From NCBI GenBank assembly GCA_032718475.1, contig JAUCBJ010008799.1:100145-164144 (forward strand): a DNA stretch of 64,000 nt. The letters run 5' to 3'. Below the pieces are notes generated by a model. It searched no databases. It worked only from the letters and a program-made list of their open reading frames with translations, and was not told the DNA's origin. Source of the stretch: Nemertoderma westbladi. Its lineage: Eukaryota; Animalia; Xenacoelomorpha. Each line of letters starts with the position of its first letter. The stretch's first letter is position 1. Position numbers and translations under genes: made by a program. Positions 32,777 through 45,900 of the stretch are shown here, piece by piece.

Positions 32777-35349
32777 ATGGCAGAGAAACTTGTTCGAAAG
32801 AGAAAGCGGAGTTGGGAGGAAAGGAGATACTGGTGGATTTCATCGAAAGGCATCCGGAAGAGAAGACGAGGGGATACTACGAGCGGTTAGAGAGGGGTCA
32901 CAAAGCGCGAGCGCTGCAGGACCATTTCAGGGAGATGCACGAACGGCGACTGGTCGGGACCTACGGGACGCCGTCGCTAGACAATGCAATCTTCGAGCAT
33001 TTCCACTGCATGGTGAAGGGAGACGAGGCGAAGTTCGGGATTCCGAAGTACGCAAAGGAGCCACCGAGAAAGGATTGGAAGAGGTTCATAGAGTCCGTCA
33101 GCAGGGGAGGATACATGGTCCTAGACGATGAGGGGACTGTGGAAGACGAGGAAGGTTCGAGAAGAGGATCGGCGGGGTCAGCCAGAACCATACTCCTACA
33201 TTTGGCCGCGCCAAATGGGGACATTTTCCTATTCGACCTGGGAACGTATGGGAAGAAGAACGGGCCGAAGTTGAACCGGTTGCCAAAGGCGGTGCAAACC
33301 CTAGTAAGAGAGAAGTCGACGATAAAGGTGGGATCGGCGATCCACGACGATGCGGAGAGGATCATCGGTCTGGAGACCCCCAACCTCCAGGACATGCAGA
33401 TGGTCTACATGGCTATGACAGCGCCAGACGGGTTGGGACTAGTAGAGGACGCAGGCCATTGTGGAGTGGTGACGATGGGCCAGCTAATGGGGCTCGTATG
33501 TCACAAACCAATGGACTGGAGTAGATTCAGAGAGGAGTACAGAGCGGAGTTGGCAAACTCGCTGAAGTTGGGAGCGAGACCGGGGAAGCAAGAGGTGTAT
33601 CAACTCCGGAGAGGAGCGATAAAGGTATATCAGAAGCGATATATCCTGCAGGAGGACTGGATAATGATAGGTTTGCTAAACCTATTCATGACCGTGGTTA
33701 TCGAGAGAGAACCAACGGCATTCCTGCTATTGGGATCACCCCTGAACTACAGAAGAGCCTTCAAAGTGGCTTTCGAGGGTCTGGTAGACCACCCGGGGCT
33801 GAAGGGCAAGTCGGTATACTATAATTGCCGATATCTAGTAGACGGGGAGGTGGATACGCCATATCAGAGGTGGGAGCAGCTAGAGGCGGATAGACGAGAG
33901 GCGAAGCGATTGGAAGAAATCGCTAGGCGAGAAAGGAGGGAGGCAGAAGAAAGGGAGGCGGAAGCTGGAGGAGAGAGCTATGGATTCGAGGAACAGGTGG
34001 CCTTAGACGAGCTACACTGGACATCAGGGAGTTCGGGCGAGTCTCTAGGGCGAGAATTGGGGTGGACGGTGGGATCACCGAAACAGTCGACATCGGGATT
34101 GCAGATGATGCCCATACCAGTGGGCGCCGAGGGCGATTTCGCGCAGGGAAGGCCATGGGAACTGGAAGGATGGAGAGTCACGGGCGAGAGCCAAGGTGGG
34201 AAGGGTCACAGTGGATCCACCGGGATACCGGGATTGGAGCCACTCACAGAGGAGGACGAGGATGACGACGAGTTCGGAGAGATGCCGCCCATCGGGAGGA
34301 TCGGCCACTCGGACACGGACTGGGTTGGCGGGGGGGGGGGGGGGGGGGGTGGTGACGGCCAGCGGGGCGAGGGCCTTCTGGGATAGACCCGGCAAGCGGG
34401 CCTGGGTGCATGAGGAGCCGGCAATGGATTTCGCGGGGAGCACCATCAGGTTGGGCGAGCAACCGGGAACGGCACCATGGGTAGTATTCGGAGAGAGATG
34501 CCCGGGCGGGGCGAGGAGATAGACGTGGACAGGGACGCTAACGTCCAGAAGTTCGCTTACCAGCGACTCCACAGACCGAGGAAATCGCTTGGGACAAAAG
34601 ACGACGTGGGGCGGGAGGCATTGGTACTCGGCTGCGAGTACTGCGGGAGGCAAACTCACCAGGAAAGGAGCTGCTTGTACCGATTCCAGAAAGGGACTAG
34701 CTGTCTCTACTGCCGCAAGTCGAGTCACAGGATGGGGGCATGTCCACAGTTGCACAAGCGGTGTTCTAAGTGCAACTTCCGGGGGCACTACGGACGCCAG
34801 TGCGACTGGATGGACGACAAGGAGAAGTTTAGGATCTTCGAGGAGTGGGCCGATGTCGGCGCCATGACCCGGCAGCGGATGAAGGCCCAGGAATTCCGGT
34901 GGGGCTTCTTTAATATTAACCAGGAGGCCCAACTGGAGATCATCAAATGGAGACTTCCGTTTACTTATCAGGAGGTGTCAACAGCGGTGTCGTATGCCGG
35001 AGTGATAAATACGCAAAGGTATTTGGACAGGTGGACACCACAGAACCGAGGAGAGTTCAGCGATTTCTTGGCGGAGCATGTGCCGCGGGCTATGAAAGTG
35101 ATCCTATGGGACGCCATTAGGGGGAAACAACAGGGCCATTCGGAGGGGCCACCCGCGAAGCGATACCGGGAGCTAATAACACCAGCGCCCAGGGAGTCGA
35201 CGACAGGAATCAGAGAGGTGATGGCGAGGATCAGGAATCTAAAAGGGGATAAGAGCAAGGGAGCGGCAACGGCCAGGAAACGACCGAGGGAGGAGGACGA
35301 CAGAGGGAAGGAGTTGAGATGGTTCCCAAAGTCAGGTGAAACGAACTAG
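32777..35349 (+). pseudogene. DEDDy exonuclease/zinc-knuckle accessory ORF of copy B (frameshifted)
   Basis: ORFs 32812-34386, 34196-34522 and 34477-35349 are highly similar to the ORF in A; all motifs retained. Confidence 0.85.
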
Positions 35350-36045
35350 AACTTAGGTGTGGAGATGCCTGGAAGGCGCCACATGTGCAGTAATACGAAC
35401 TCCTAAGTGCAAATTTAATTAAAAGTGTAATTAGTATGTACGTATGAAATAATCATTAGTATATAGTCACATAGCAAATATAATCAAAGTAAGTACTATA
35501 GTCATATAACCTTTTCCAATTAGCTACTGGGACTGGGGACCAATTGACTATGACAGGACGAGACATTAGACGACTTCACACTTCTTGAGTGCGACGGCAC
35601 AGGAGGGGAGGGTGAGGCTCGCCAGGAGTGAGTGGGCTAGTTAGAGGTTGAGTATAGAACGCATGGAGGGAAGGCGAGTGCAATTCAAGTGTGGGGGGGG
35701 AGGAGTAAGAGGTAGAGTGATGGACAAGGAGGTCCGAGGGTTAGAGTGGAAGAAGAGTTAGAGTCAGTTAGAGTGGAGTTAGAGTGGAGAGAGTAGTGGG
35801 GAAGTAAAAATTGTGTGAGAAATCCACAATCGTCTCGACACGGGATGCCAGATGTCTTGGTGCAAGGTAGACGAAGTTGCACCAAGAGAGGGTAGCGATA
35901 TCATACCCATAGGGAGCGGCCTGGAAAGCCGGCTCCAAGAAAGAGAATTCCACCACACACCCGATAGTAGATCGGGATCCAGCGGAATTGAAGCGCACTC
36001 GCTGGTGATGCTATCTTCTCACCGGGAAGATAGCATGGGGGGGAG

Positions 36046-36641
36046 TGTGAGCGGATTCAATTCCGCCCACCACCCCATAAAGTTGGGAAGTGGCGCCTTT
36101 TAGCAATATTGGGGATATGAGGTTAATCCCCAATTAACCTCGTATCACACACCCAATAAACGGGGACAACAAACCCCGAAGGGCCACACAAAGGGAGGTC
36201 AGAGGTTAAACCTCTGGGAGAGGAAAGTGACAGCAGCGGGGGGGGGGGGGGAACACTCCCACAGAGGTGAGAGCCGAGAATTCGGTTATTGGCCAATCAG
36301 AGCCAGGAAATGCATCCGATAGGTACAAGGGCCACAAGTAATGTAGCTAACCAATATATATTACCGGTCAATATCTATCAGTAGTTCAGTTATCTCAGTC
36401 AAACAGGGCCGTACGGTGACACTTTAACACCGTCACCACCGTCACCAAGTAATATCATCATATCACATAATACCGGTCAACTGTGCTATCTGTTATCTCA
36501 ACTTATACCGTATACTATATCATATTATCGAACTGGATTAACAATATTGGAAGAACTATAACAACAATAAACTCTTTTCATTCGCACGGTGGGGACGCGT
36601 AAATAAACCAAAACCGGTCGGGATCCCCTGATCCCGTCACA
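36046..36641 (+). repeat. 3' LTR of copy B
   Basis: Direct repeat of 25889-26494 with a shorter poly-G run and scattered substitutions. Confidence 0.95.
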
Positions 36642-36852
36642 ACTAGTATCACACGGGTTAATCACACCAAATACCAGTAATTCAACAGCGGTAGGCCTAA
36701 CGGTACCGGTATTTGTAGCACGTCCTACTGTACTATACTACAGTACAGTGGGACCTGCCCTGAACCTATATTAATTAAGTGATATTATTTATATCACTTA
36801 GTAATATTTACTGAAAAAGTAACAGTAGGCCTAATATTGATCAAAATAAACA

Positions 36853-36943
36853 AAAATTACATAGATAACGTAGATAATGTACCGGTATATGATTAAAATT
36901 ACATAGATAACGTAGATAATGTACCGGTATATGATTAAAATTA
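36853..36943. repeat. 42-bp tandem duplication
   Basis: AAAATTACATAGATAACGTAGATAATGTACCGGTATATGATT repeated twice. Confidence 0.9.
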
Positions 36944-38149
36944 TATATCGTGGTAAATTCCTAAATTTTGTTGTTTATTTGTGATTTTCATTAAGATTAA
37001 CTCTCTCTATCGTCTATAACAGAAGGGCTATACTGCAATAGAACAATCCTTGCGTTCTATTATCGGTCAGCAACTGGGATGAAGTAAAAAGTTAATTGAT
37101 TTCGTAAAAAAAATTAAATTTCTTGATAAATAAATATTGTTCTTTATGAAAACATAATATGTTGTCTAATTAACGAAATTTAATGATATTTAGCTCATTT
37201 GGAAGCCACACATTCCGGCAATATAAATATGTAAATAAATCGTAATAAAACTCAAGGGAAGTTTATGTAATCAGATGGCGTTCTGATTACGTTGCGGCAC
37301 TCTTACTAAGAGTTTATGTGGATAGAAGGCCAATAGAGTATTTCCTTACATTCTCACTTGATGTTTCAACCCCCGGGACGTCCTACACCCTTGGGAGTGC
37401 AGATACAACAATTGGAATCGCAATACATAAGGAATACATGTCATAAATAAATAAAGAATGTATTTCGGAAAAGTATTTATTTAAACCTCAAGCATATAAC
37501 TAAATCGCTTTCCAATATTAAAGTTATGCTTCAAATTATCATTTTATACATTTGAATATCTGTTTAGACTGGTTGCCATGGTAACTAGAGCTAATTTTAT
37601 CTAAAAGTTGGTACTTGTTCGCGCTTTTAGACCTTTAGCAGTTTAACCTGCCAATTTTAGTTGTCCTCTTGTTTATAAATCGACTTTAGCCTTTATCAAT
37701 TACCTAGTGTACTGAAGTTACATCAGCCGAAGCCAGTCCGTGCGCGGCGTATGACCCACGGTGTGGGAGACTGGATTCGGATTCCTTGAGAGTTATTGCA
37801 GTGTCGACCTACTGTATTATTCGATTGATCGTTACTATATAATCTCTGACAACTATACTTACTTTCGGGGAAATATTAACAGTTCCTTTAGGACGTGGCG
37901 CTTTAAGTATAAAAACAGAGTTATGACTTATACTAATCACAACTAGATGGCCACAGAGTTTCGTAAATAGCGCATTCTTTAGGAGATGCTTTATTAACCT
38001 TCACACTACTTCACACGACTTCACACTACTTCACACTAATCTGCCGACCGTCACTGAATTTGATCATGTATAAGGAGGATTGCAAGTTGCAACTGACACA
38101 CGTAGGGATTATGAAATAGCATTTAATTCACACAAAACCACTATAATTT

Positions 38150-39330
38150 AAGTAAGTTAAAAGTTAAGTTTAAGTTAAGTTAAGTTTATCTCTTTTATTC
38201 ATTAAAACTCATAGTTAAGATAAATAACACATGAGGCAGTCTACATTAAGAGTAGACTGATAATCAAAATGAATAAGCGTCGTAGGGCCAAGGTGTTGCT
38301 TCGCAGCACCTGTACGTACAGTATGTAAGCTACTATAAAGTAATATACTTAAATTCAAGCTAACCAATTATAGCACAAACAAATTATAATAACTGAATAA
38401 AACATATGTAAATTTATATTAGCATCTATTTGTTAAGTTACCTCTTCCATTGCATATTTGGTTTGGTATATTTTCCATAATTTCGCCTTGAATTTTAATG
38501 AAGCAGCACCCGATACATTTAACGGTAGCTTATTCCATAATTTTATGAGAGATACTATGAGGCTGTCATGGCCGTGTTTGTTTTTCGTTTTAGGTATGAC
38601 TATATTGTTAGTGCGTTGGTTAATTTTCTGATTTTTGTTTGAATGAAAGGGTAAGTTTAAATTTTGGTAGGGCTTAGATATGTTATGTATGTATTTGTAA
38701 AAATAAATTAAAGCGAAATATTCTCGTTGGGCAGATAATAATGGGACCTTAGCTTTTTGTCGAAGTTCTGTACCTGTCGTGTCCCTTATTTTTTTTCCAA
38801 ATATTAAGCGAAGTGCATAATTTTGTACCTTTTCAAATTTATACAGTATGTCTTTGTAACCATGTTTTCCATGCAATGATACCAGTAATTGACTACAGTA
38901 GTTATGATAAGGTAATGTTAGAGCTTTGTATATATTTAATTTGGTTCTATTAGTTAATTGCCCCTTAATACTGCGTAAACTAGAAATGCTCAAGGTCATC
39001 TTTTGTAATTAATTATCTATATAATTCTTCCATTGTAATTTGTTATCTATTTCTACTCCTAAGTACTTTACTGATTTTGATTGGCTTATCGGTATTGCAG
39101 TTCCAACATTTAGTTCTATTTGTTCAGGTGTGTTTCGTTCTTTAGGGGATAAAAGTAAAAATTCCGTTTTTGATGGATTGAGTTTAAGGTGGTGAAGTCT
39201 GAATGTATCATTTAGTTTTATAACTTCCTGTTCCAATTTTTGTGATGCTTTTTTTGGATTTTTGTCTGTTGTAAATATAACTGTATCGTCCGCATATTGT
39301 ATCAAATCTGTGGTGCTGCTTAAGTCGCAG
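38150..39330 (-). mobile_element. 5'-truncated L2/CR1-like LINE
   Basis: QYADDT, LNPSKTEF, VKYLGVEID, KLWNKLP motifs. On the - strand, AATAAA is followed by an (ACTTA)n-like tail at ~38150-38200. Confidence 0.8.
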
Positions 39331-39422
39331 TTGCTACCGGTAAACTCTATTCCTCTTACCTCAGTAATCAAGAAGATTGAGGGGTTTATGATTATTTATC
39401 GGTATTCTCCAAATATAACAGC

Positions 39423-39980
39423 AATATCCATTAATATAACAACAATTAATAAAAGACCGCAAACAGAAGTAAAATAATGCGGTGAACAGTCAGTATGTGT
39501 TACTTATGTAGTTATGAAATGTGCAACGTAATGCATTGCATTTAGCCAGTTAATAGATTTACGTTCTTATAATCAAGGCCATCTGATGTTCCTAGGCCAA
39601 AGTCTGAAACTTCTACACAGAAGCACAGAAAATTCTGAGTTATTTCTGATGCTCAGAAAATAGTAAACAAAGACCGTAATGCATTGCGCGAGTTTCCATA
39701 GGTTTCTGTTAGACATAAAGTGAAAATTGCTCTGATTGGCTGAATAAGGCAGAACAAAGAACCTCCACGTTCACAAAGAATCAGCTGACAGATTTCGTCA
39801 TCTTGATTCTAATTCCTTCCCGTCGCGTAGTTGAATAAATTTAGGGCTATTTTAGAGTATTCTGCGCATCGCGTAAAATGACTTGTTATGTCCGCAAAAG
39901 CTTTTACAGTACCCGGTGTTATTTTTTTGTGCTCTTTCTATTTTCGACTGTGTTCGTTTGTGTTCGGCAGTTTTGAATTG
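39423..39980. repeat. 558-bp direct repeat, left copy
   Basis: Matches 47398-47955 with about 2 substitutions. No TG...CA ends. Confidence 0.95.
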
Positions 39981-42900
39981 CGATGGGATAATAGCTGCAT
40001 AAGTTGCCAAGTTTGTTGGCAGTATTCGTCTCTGCCCGTGATTTCCGATTGCGGGAGCATGGCTACAGGTTTCCTTAGTAGGACATGCGCGGGTGTTAGC
40101 ACTTCTAGGGAGTCGGGACTCGATGAGACTGGCATAAGCGGTCTCTCGTTAAGATAGGCGGCGATTTCTTCCATTAACGTCCGCAAAAGTTCGTCGGTGA
40201 GATACGCTCGGCACGGCACTATAAAGTGAAATGCGGTCTTCACGCTCCCTATTAGTCTCTCCCAACTTCCTCCTCACCAAGGGGCGTCGGCGGTGTTGAA
40301 GGTCCAGCTAGATGCCGTTACCCTTAGCTGATCATCCACCTGTCTTTGGTTCCAATCTTTCACGTAAGCTTTAATCTCATTATTGGCGCCAATGAAGTTC
40401 GTTCCTTTGTCGGATCTCATAGTGTTGCTAGTCCCGAAACAAGCGATCTGTCGGCGTAAACTCAGTATGAAGCTGTTGGTAGATAGATCGTTCACCATAT
40501 CTAGATGGATCGCTCTACAAGTCATACAGACAAAGATGACACACCATCGCTTGACTATAGTCCTAGCACGATATACTTCAATAGGGCCAAATAAATCCAC
40601 ACCAGTATTAGTAAAGGGTGGTTCATAGAAGCTTACTCGTTCCCTAGGTAATTCTGCCTCTCGCTATGTTAAAGGCCTACTAAATGATTTCCTACAGGGT
40701 ATACAGTTCCTAAGAACTTGGTTCAGAGCTCTACGGGGCTTATGGAAATAATAGCGAGTTCTAATTTCGCTAAGAACTCGTTCTCTACCAGCATGGTAAA
40801 GTCTACTGTGAATATCTACAATCATCTTGATTTGTATTTCAAGATTTCTAATGAGTATGGGAAATTTAGTGTCAAAGGACAATGGAGCATTAGTTAATCT
40901 CCCTCCGACATGTATTAACCCATCTATCATTGTGCTAGAGAAACGATCCCTTAAGTGCATCTGTGGATTTCTCAACAACAGGAAATACTTATCGGAATCT
41001 TCGTAGCATTGCAGGAGTCTCAGTATCTGCTTATTAGTATCCTCATGCTCTTGGAAACTGATCTTCTCAGTCAGAAACCTATCAGACACTTTATAAGTGG
41101 GAAGGTCTTTAATAACATGGACCTTTTCGGATATCATTGGAGCGGTATCACTAGCGATCTTCGTCCTGGAATAGTGATGATGGAAACATCTTTTAAGATA
41201 CACAACAGCCTTGCAAAGCCGATTCCAGGAGCTATAGTGATCTATTGCTCTCTGTAGGATAGGGGAGAGTCCTTGCGAGACATCTGGTGTTCCAGATTTC
41301 CAGTCTCTTTCTCTAATTTCTATAACGGATCTAGTCGTAATGGGTGAGTTTAGATCCACAGCGTCGTCCACGGAGGTGTGTAGTACAGACACATCTATCA
41401 CGGGTTTAAATAACTTTGATTTACTCGTCCGGGTTTTAGGTTTGACTTTCTCCGCTCCCTTGGCTTGTCTAATCTCCGCCGTGGTGAGATGAGGGGGCCA
41501 TTCATCCTCTTCTTTACTTAGGAAGTCGGGTCCACCTAACCAGTCTGGAGTATCTATCAGTTCTTGAGGGGTTGCTCCTCTAGAGGCGATGTCAGCTGGA
41601 TTAATCGTCCCAGGGCAATGTCTCCATTGATCTACATTAGAGCGACTGAGTATAATGGCTACTCTGTTGGTAACGAAGACGCTGAACTGGCAGACTTCAT
41701 TTGTTATATACTCCAGAACGAGTAAAGCATCAGTCCAATAGACAGTTTTCTCTAGTGGGTAGTCGATCTGTTCTGTTACATTCCGGCCGATGGCTGTAGC
41801 ATATAGAGCCGCCTTTAACTCCGCTCTAGGAACTCGTAGTTTGTTGTTTATTAGGGCCTTAGAGGCGACCAAGGCAACTTTAATTCCATCTGGAGTTTCA
41901 ACCCTCAGGTAGGCTACTATACCTATTCCCATATCGCTGGCGTCTCCAAACACATGGAGTTGATAGGAATACGTGGGGAGAACGTGACCAAAATATGAAC
42001 AGGAAATCTTAAAGTTCTCGATCGATGGTAGAGAATCTTCCCATTTCATCCACTTCTTTAGTAGTTCTCCCTTAAGTGGATCATCCCACGAGTGGTTTTC
42101 GAGCCACATTTGTTGCACTAAGCTCCGAGCAACTAATATAACTGGGCTAATAAATCCCAATGGATCGAAGTAAGTGCTCAGGATACTTAGACAAATCCGT
42201 TTAGTTCTAACTGGATTATCTCACTGTTTTAACTGAAAAAACAAGATATCTCTCTCCGTGACCCATTTTAATCCAAGCGTCTTGGTTTCCGGAAGGTCCA
42301 GATGAGGTCCAGATCCATAACACCTCGGTCTTCTACCGGGATCGATTCCAGAAACTCACGGGAGTTACTAGTGAATTTGGTTAGCCGAAATCCACCACGT
42401 TGCAAGCACTCTACCGTTCCCTTGGCAACATCAATGGCTTCTTCCACCGATGGGAGGGACTTTAAATTGTCGTCCATGTATATATCCCGTTTGATGTTGT
42501 CGATAACCGCTTTAGAGAAGGCGTCTCGGTTGTCATCGGCAGTGGTAAGCACTACCAAACAAGCATTCGAGGGGCTCGAGATGATCCCGAAAGCCTGGAT
42601 GGTCATCCAGTACTCCACCGGTTTTCGGTTGAGGTCTCCTTCAGGCCACCACAGAAATCGTAGGCTGTCTCGATCCCTATCCAGCGCCTTGAGTTGTAAG
42701 AACATGCCTTCTATGTCCGAAGCGAATGCTATAGAATATTGCCGCAGTCTTAGTAATATTCCCAACAAAGATTGGAGTAAGTTGGGTCCCGGCAACAGTT
42801 CTGAATTCAGGGATTGACCCATGTAAAGGGTGGAGCCGTCAAACACTACCCGGACTTCGTTGGGTTTACTGGGCTTAGGAACGTAATGATGTGTTAGATA

Positions 42901-45900
42901 ATACGTTCTCTCTGTTATAGGTGTTTCTTCCGGAACTCGCTCCGCGTATCAATAAATTTCTTCAGTTGGGTTTTATACATTTCCCTGGCTTGAACGTTAG
43001 CCGTCAGACGCCGATGTAGTTGTGCGATTCTCTTTTCTGCTAAAGGTCGGTTATTTACGAAGCAGGGTTCTCGCCGTTGGAACGGAAGACCAATCTCATA
43101 GCGACCTTCGTCCTTCAGATAACGTGTAGTCGTTTCCTGAATCTGCTTGGCTCTCTCTTCCTCGACAGACAAGGCTTTGTCGTAGGAATTAGGCTCTACG
43201 GCTTCTTGAGTAAAGAATCGTACGGCATGTTCATCGCGGATTTTGTTATTGTATCGATCTATTACTTCATTTAATTCATCGTTATAGGTAAATTGTCCAC
43301 CATGTTGATTGATGAGATGGCATAGGTTGACTTGGTTTAACCAAGTTTGGTTCTCAGTGAGAAGATCGATGGTATTTTCTTCATCATATAAGTGGTTGAT
43401 GTCGTCGTTGTCTGAGGAGTATGGAGTTTCCTCAGTTGGGGTTTCTTCCTCACTGATTTCTTCATCCCATTCACTCACCTGATGTATTCTTTCATTAGGG
43501 AGTCTTTCCATTAAGGTCCTACGGGAAGGTCAAGTGAAGTACCAACCTACTCTCGTTCCTCCCGCATACGTCTGCAGTGGTTGCGGTCGAGCAGGCCGTT
43601 TTTCTAATGTCTCAAGCGCTTCGTGCACATTTTGGCCGAGTAAGATCTGCACCCCTGGATAATCTGTGTTGAATCTAGGTATACTATGTTGCTGGGTAAA
43701 ATGGTCTTCATCCCAGTTGTAAGGCTCCACTTGGCTAGTAGCAAAGTTCTTTATCGCCACCATTTTGACCGACCTTACACTATGTCCTCCTAGTTCATCC
43801 TGGGGAGTGGACAACGCACCCACGTAGTAATCTGTGGCTACGGGTGGATTTCCAAACCTGCATAATTCCGGAAAGGTTCAACTTGGTTCGGAACTTGGGT
43901 TGTCCAGTAAAGATGTCTTCGGCTAGTTCTTTATCGATAAAGGTGCCTGTACTGCCGGAGTCAAGGAGGGCGTTTACTATCAAGCTCTTCCCTATCCCAT
44001 GGACCCTCAGTTGCACTACAGGGAATTCTTGGATCCCGACCGATGAAGTTGGCGCTTTCCAAGATGGCTGTTGATCCGGAATAGTTATCGAGGATCTTCC
44101 GCTTCTGATTCAGTCTCGTACATAAGTGCTCGATACACAGCTGTGTTAATCATATAACAGGATTCATTTTCGTCGGAGAATTCGTCCGTGTAGAATCCCT
44201 CCATCTCCAAACTGTGATCAGTGTCGTTCACATCACTGAATTGGACATGTAGTTCAGGCTCACTTACCTGACTCGTGCGGGTTCTGTCAAATTCTGTGTG
44301 CAGCAAGATGTGATGTTTCGCGCCGCACTTAGCACACTTCGCGTCTGAGTAACAGGTCCGTCGTTGATGTCCTCGTCTGAGGCATTTATAACACAACCGC
44401 TTATCCCACATGACATCACGTCTATCCTTCAGGGATTTCTTCAAGAATTAATCACACCCACTCAAGCGATGTGGCCCATCGCACAATACACATTTGGGTT
44501 TGATGTTACTTACTTTAACCTGTGTTGTGTTGTGCACACTTGTTCTTTCTTTGGGCTTTCTTCCATGAATTATCTTAGGAGATGTAGGATGAGTTGTTAC
44601 CTGTTCTCTCCTGTCACTGGTTCGAGACTTAGATTTACTTACGTCTTTCCTAACTTTATTGACATAATAAGATCTTTCGGTGTCCTTACCGCTGTTCTAA
44701 TCATAGGAAGTTTGGCTTTCGCCATCGTCCGTATAACACACTGGTGTTACCTTTCTCCTAGTAACGGGTTTTTCGCTTACCTTACTTTCCAGTGACTTCT
44801 CTCTGGACTGCTTTAGGAGCTGTAATCTTACCACTCCGTTTAAGAACGACATGAGATCAGCCATGGTGGGGTCTCTTTGTTGCTGGTCCATCATATAGAG
44901 AACCTTTTTGTCCCAGCGAGTACCTACTCCACCCTTTGGCAAAGTAGATGCTATGGCTCCAACAACCATAGAACTCTGGTATTCTTGAGACTTACCTAAC
45001 CAATCGAACTGTCTACAGATCTCCTGAATCTCATCGGAAAACTCTATAATCCCGCTGCTAAGAACTTTCGGGGCGCTACTAATTTCGCATATAAATACCT
45101 AGCTATGTTAGTCCTATTGCCATACCTGATGTTTAGTGTATCCCAAACTTGTCTTAATCCGTCTGGATGTCCAATAAACTTTAACGCCATTAACTTGGGA
45201 GGTCCTTCCAAGCACTCGATGAGGAATCTAAGTTTCTCTCCGTTGGATAGTACAGAGTTCTGTATGTTATCTTCATAATATTCATTAAAAGGTAACCATT
45301 TCATCTCATCTCCATTGAACTTGACGACCTCTCCCACCTTTACCGCTTGACGGGCTTCGGTTCTAGCCATTTGACGTGTAAAACTTTCTTGAGCCATCGT
45401 ATTATTTAATATCGAGTTATCGGTATATAAATTTCTAGGATTATGATCAGATCTGTATGGGATATCATTATCAACAGGTGTATCGTTACCCTTAATAGGG
45501 TTTACTATAGGAGTTTCTACTTCACTAGCAGTATAGATGCGTGTAGGCTCCACACCTTGCGCATGAAATACTTCAGACCTAACGGGTTGACACATTGTTA
45601 CAGGGGGTGGTGGTATACCCATTTGTATATTTACTAATTTATCGCGCTCTAAAGCGATACTTTGTTGTACTTCTTGCAACTCTAACCTACTCTCTCTTAC
45701 TGTTCCCTTTAACAGCTGAACAGTCCCTTCCAATTCTCGGACCTGCTGGGAAGACTGTTTCTTGTTGTCTTCCAGCTGTCCGAGCAGCTGATTCATCCCC
45801 CGTCATCCCTCGTCCACCCACTCAACCGCAGAGGCGGGAGCCACCAACATGGTAGCCGGGTGGTGGCGCGTAGGGACGACGGGAGACAATTCATTTATGT

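Larger units (their letters stand above)
25889..36641 (+). mobile_element. BEL/Pao LTR retrotransposon copy B (non-autonomous, decayed)
   Basis: LTRs at 25889-26494 and 36046-36641. TSD ACTAG at 25884-25888 and 36642-36646. PPT at 36037-36045. Internal ORFs homologous to A and C. Confidence 0.95.

Noticed and set aside
34330-34350. Poly-G runs as programmed frameshift or phase-variation sites
   Set aside because: Length differences are equally explained by slippage or homopolymer sequencing error; the homologous sites in A and C have no long run.
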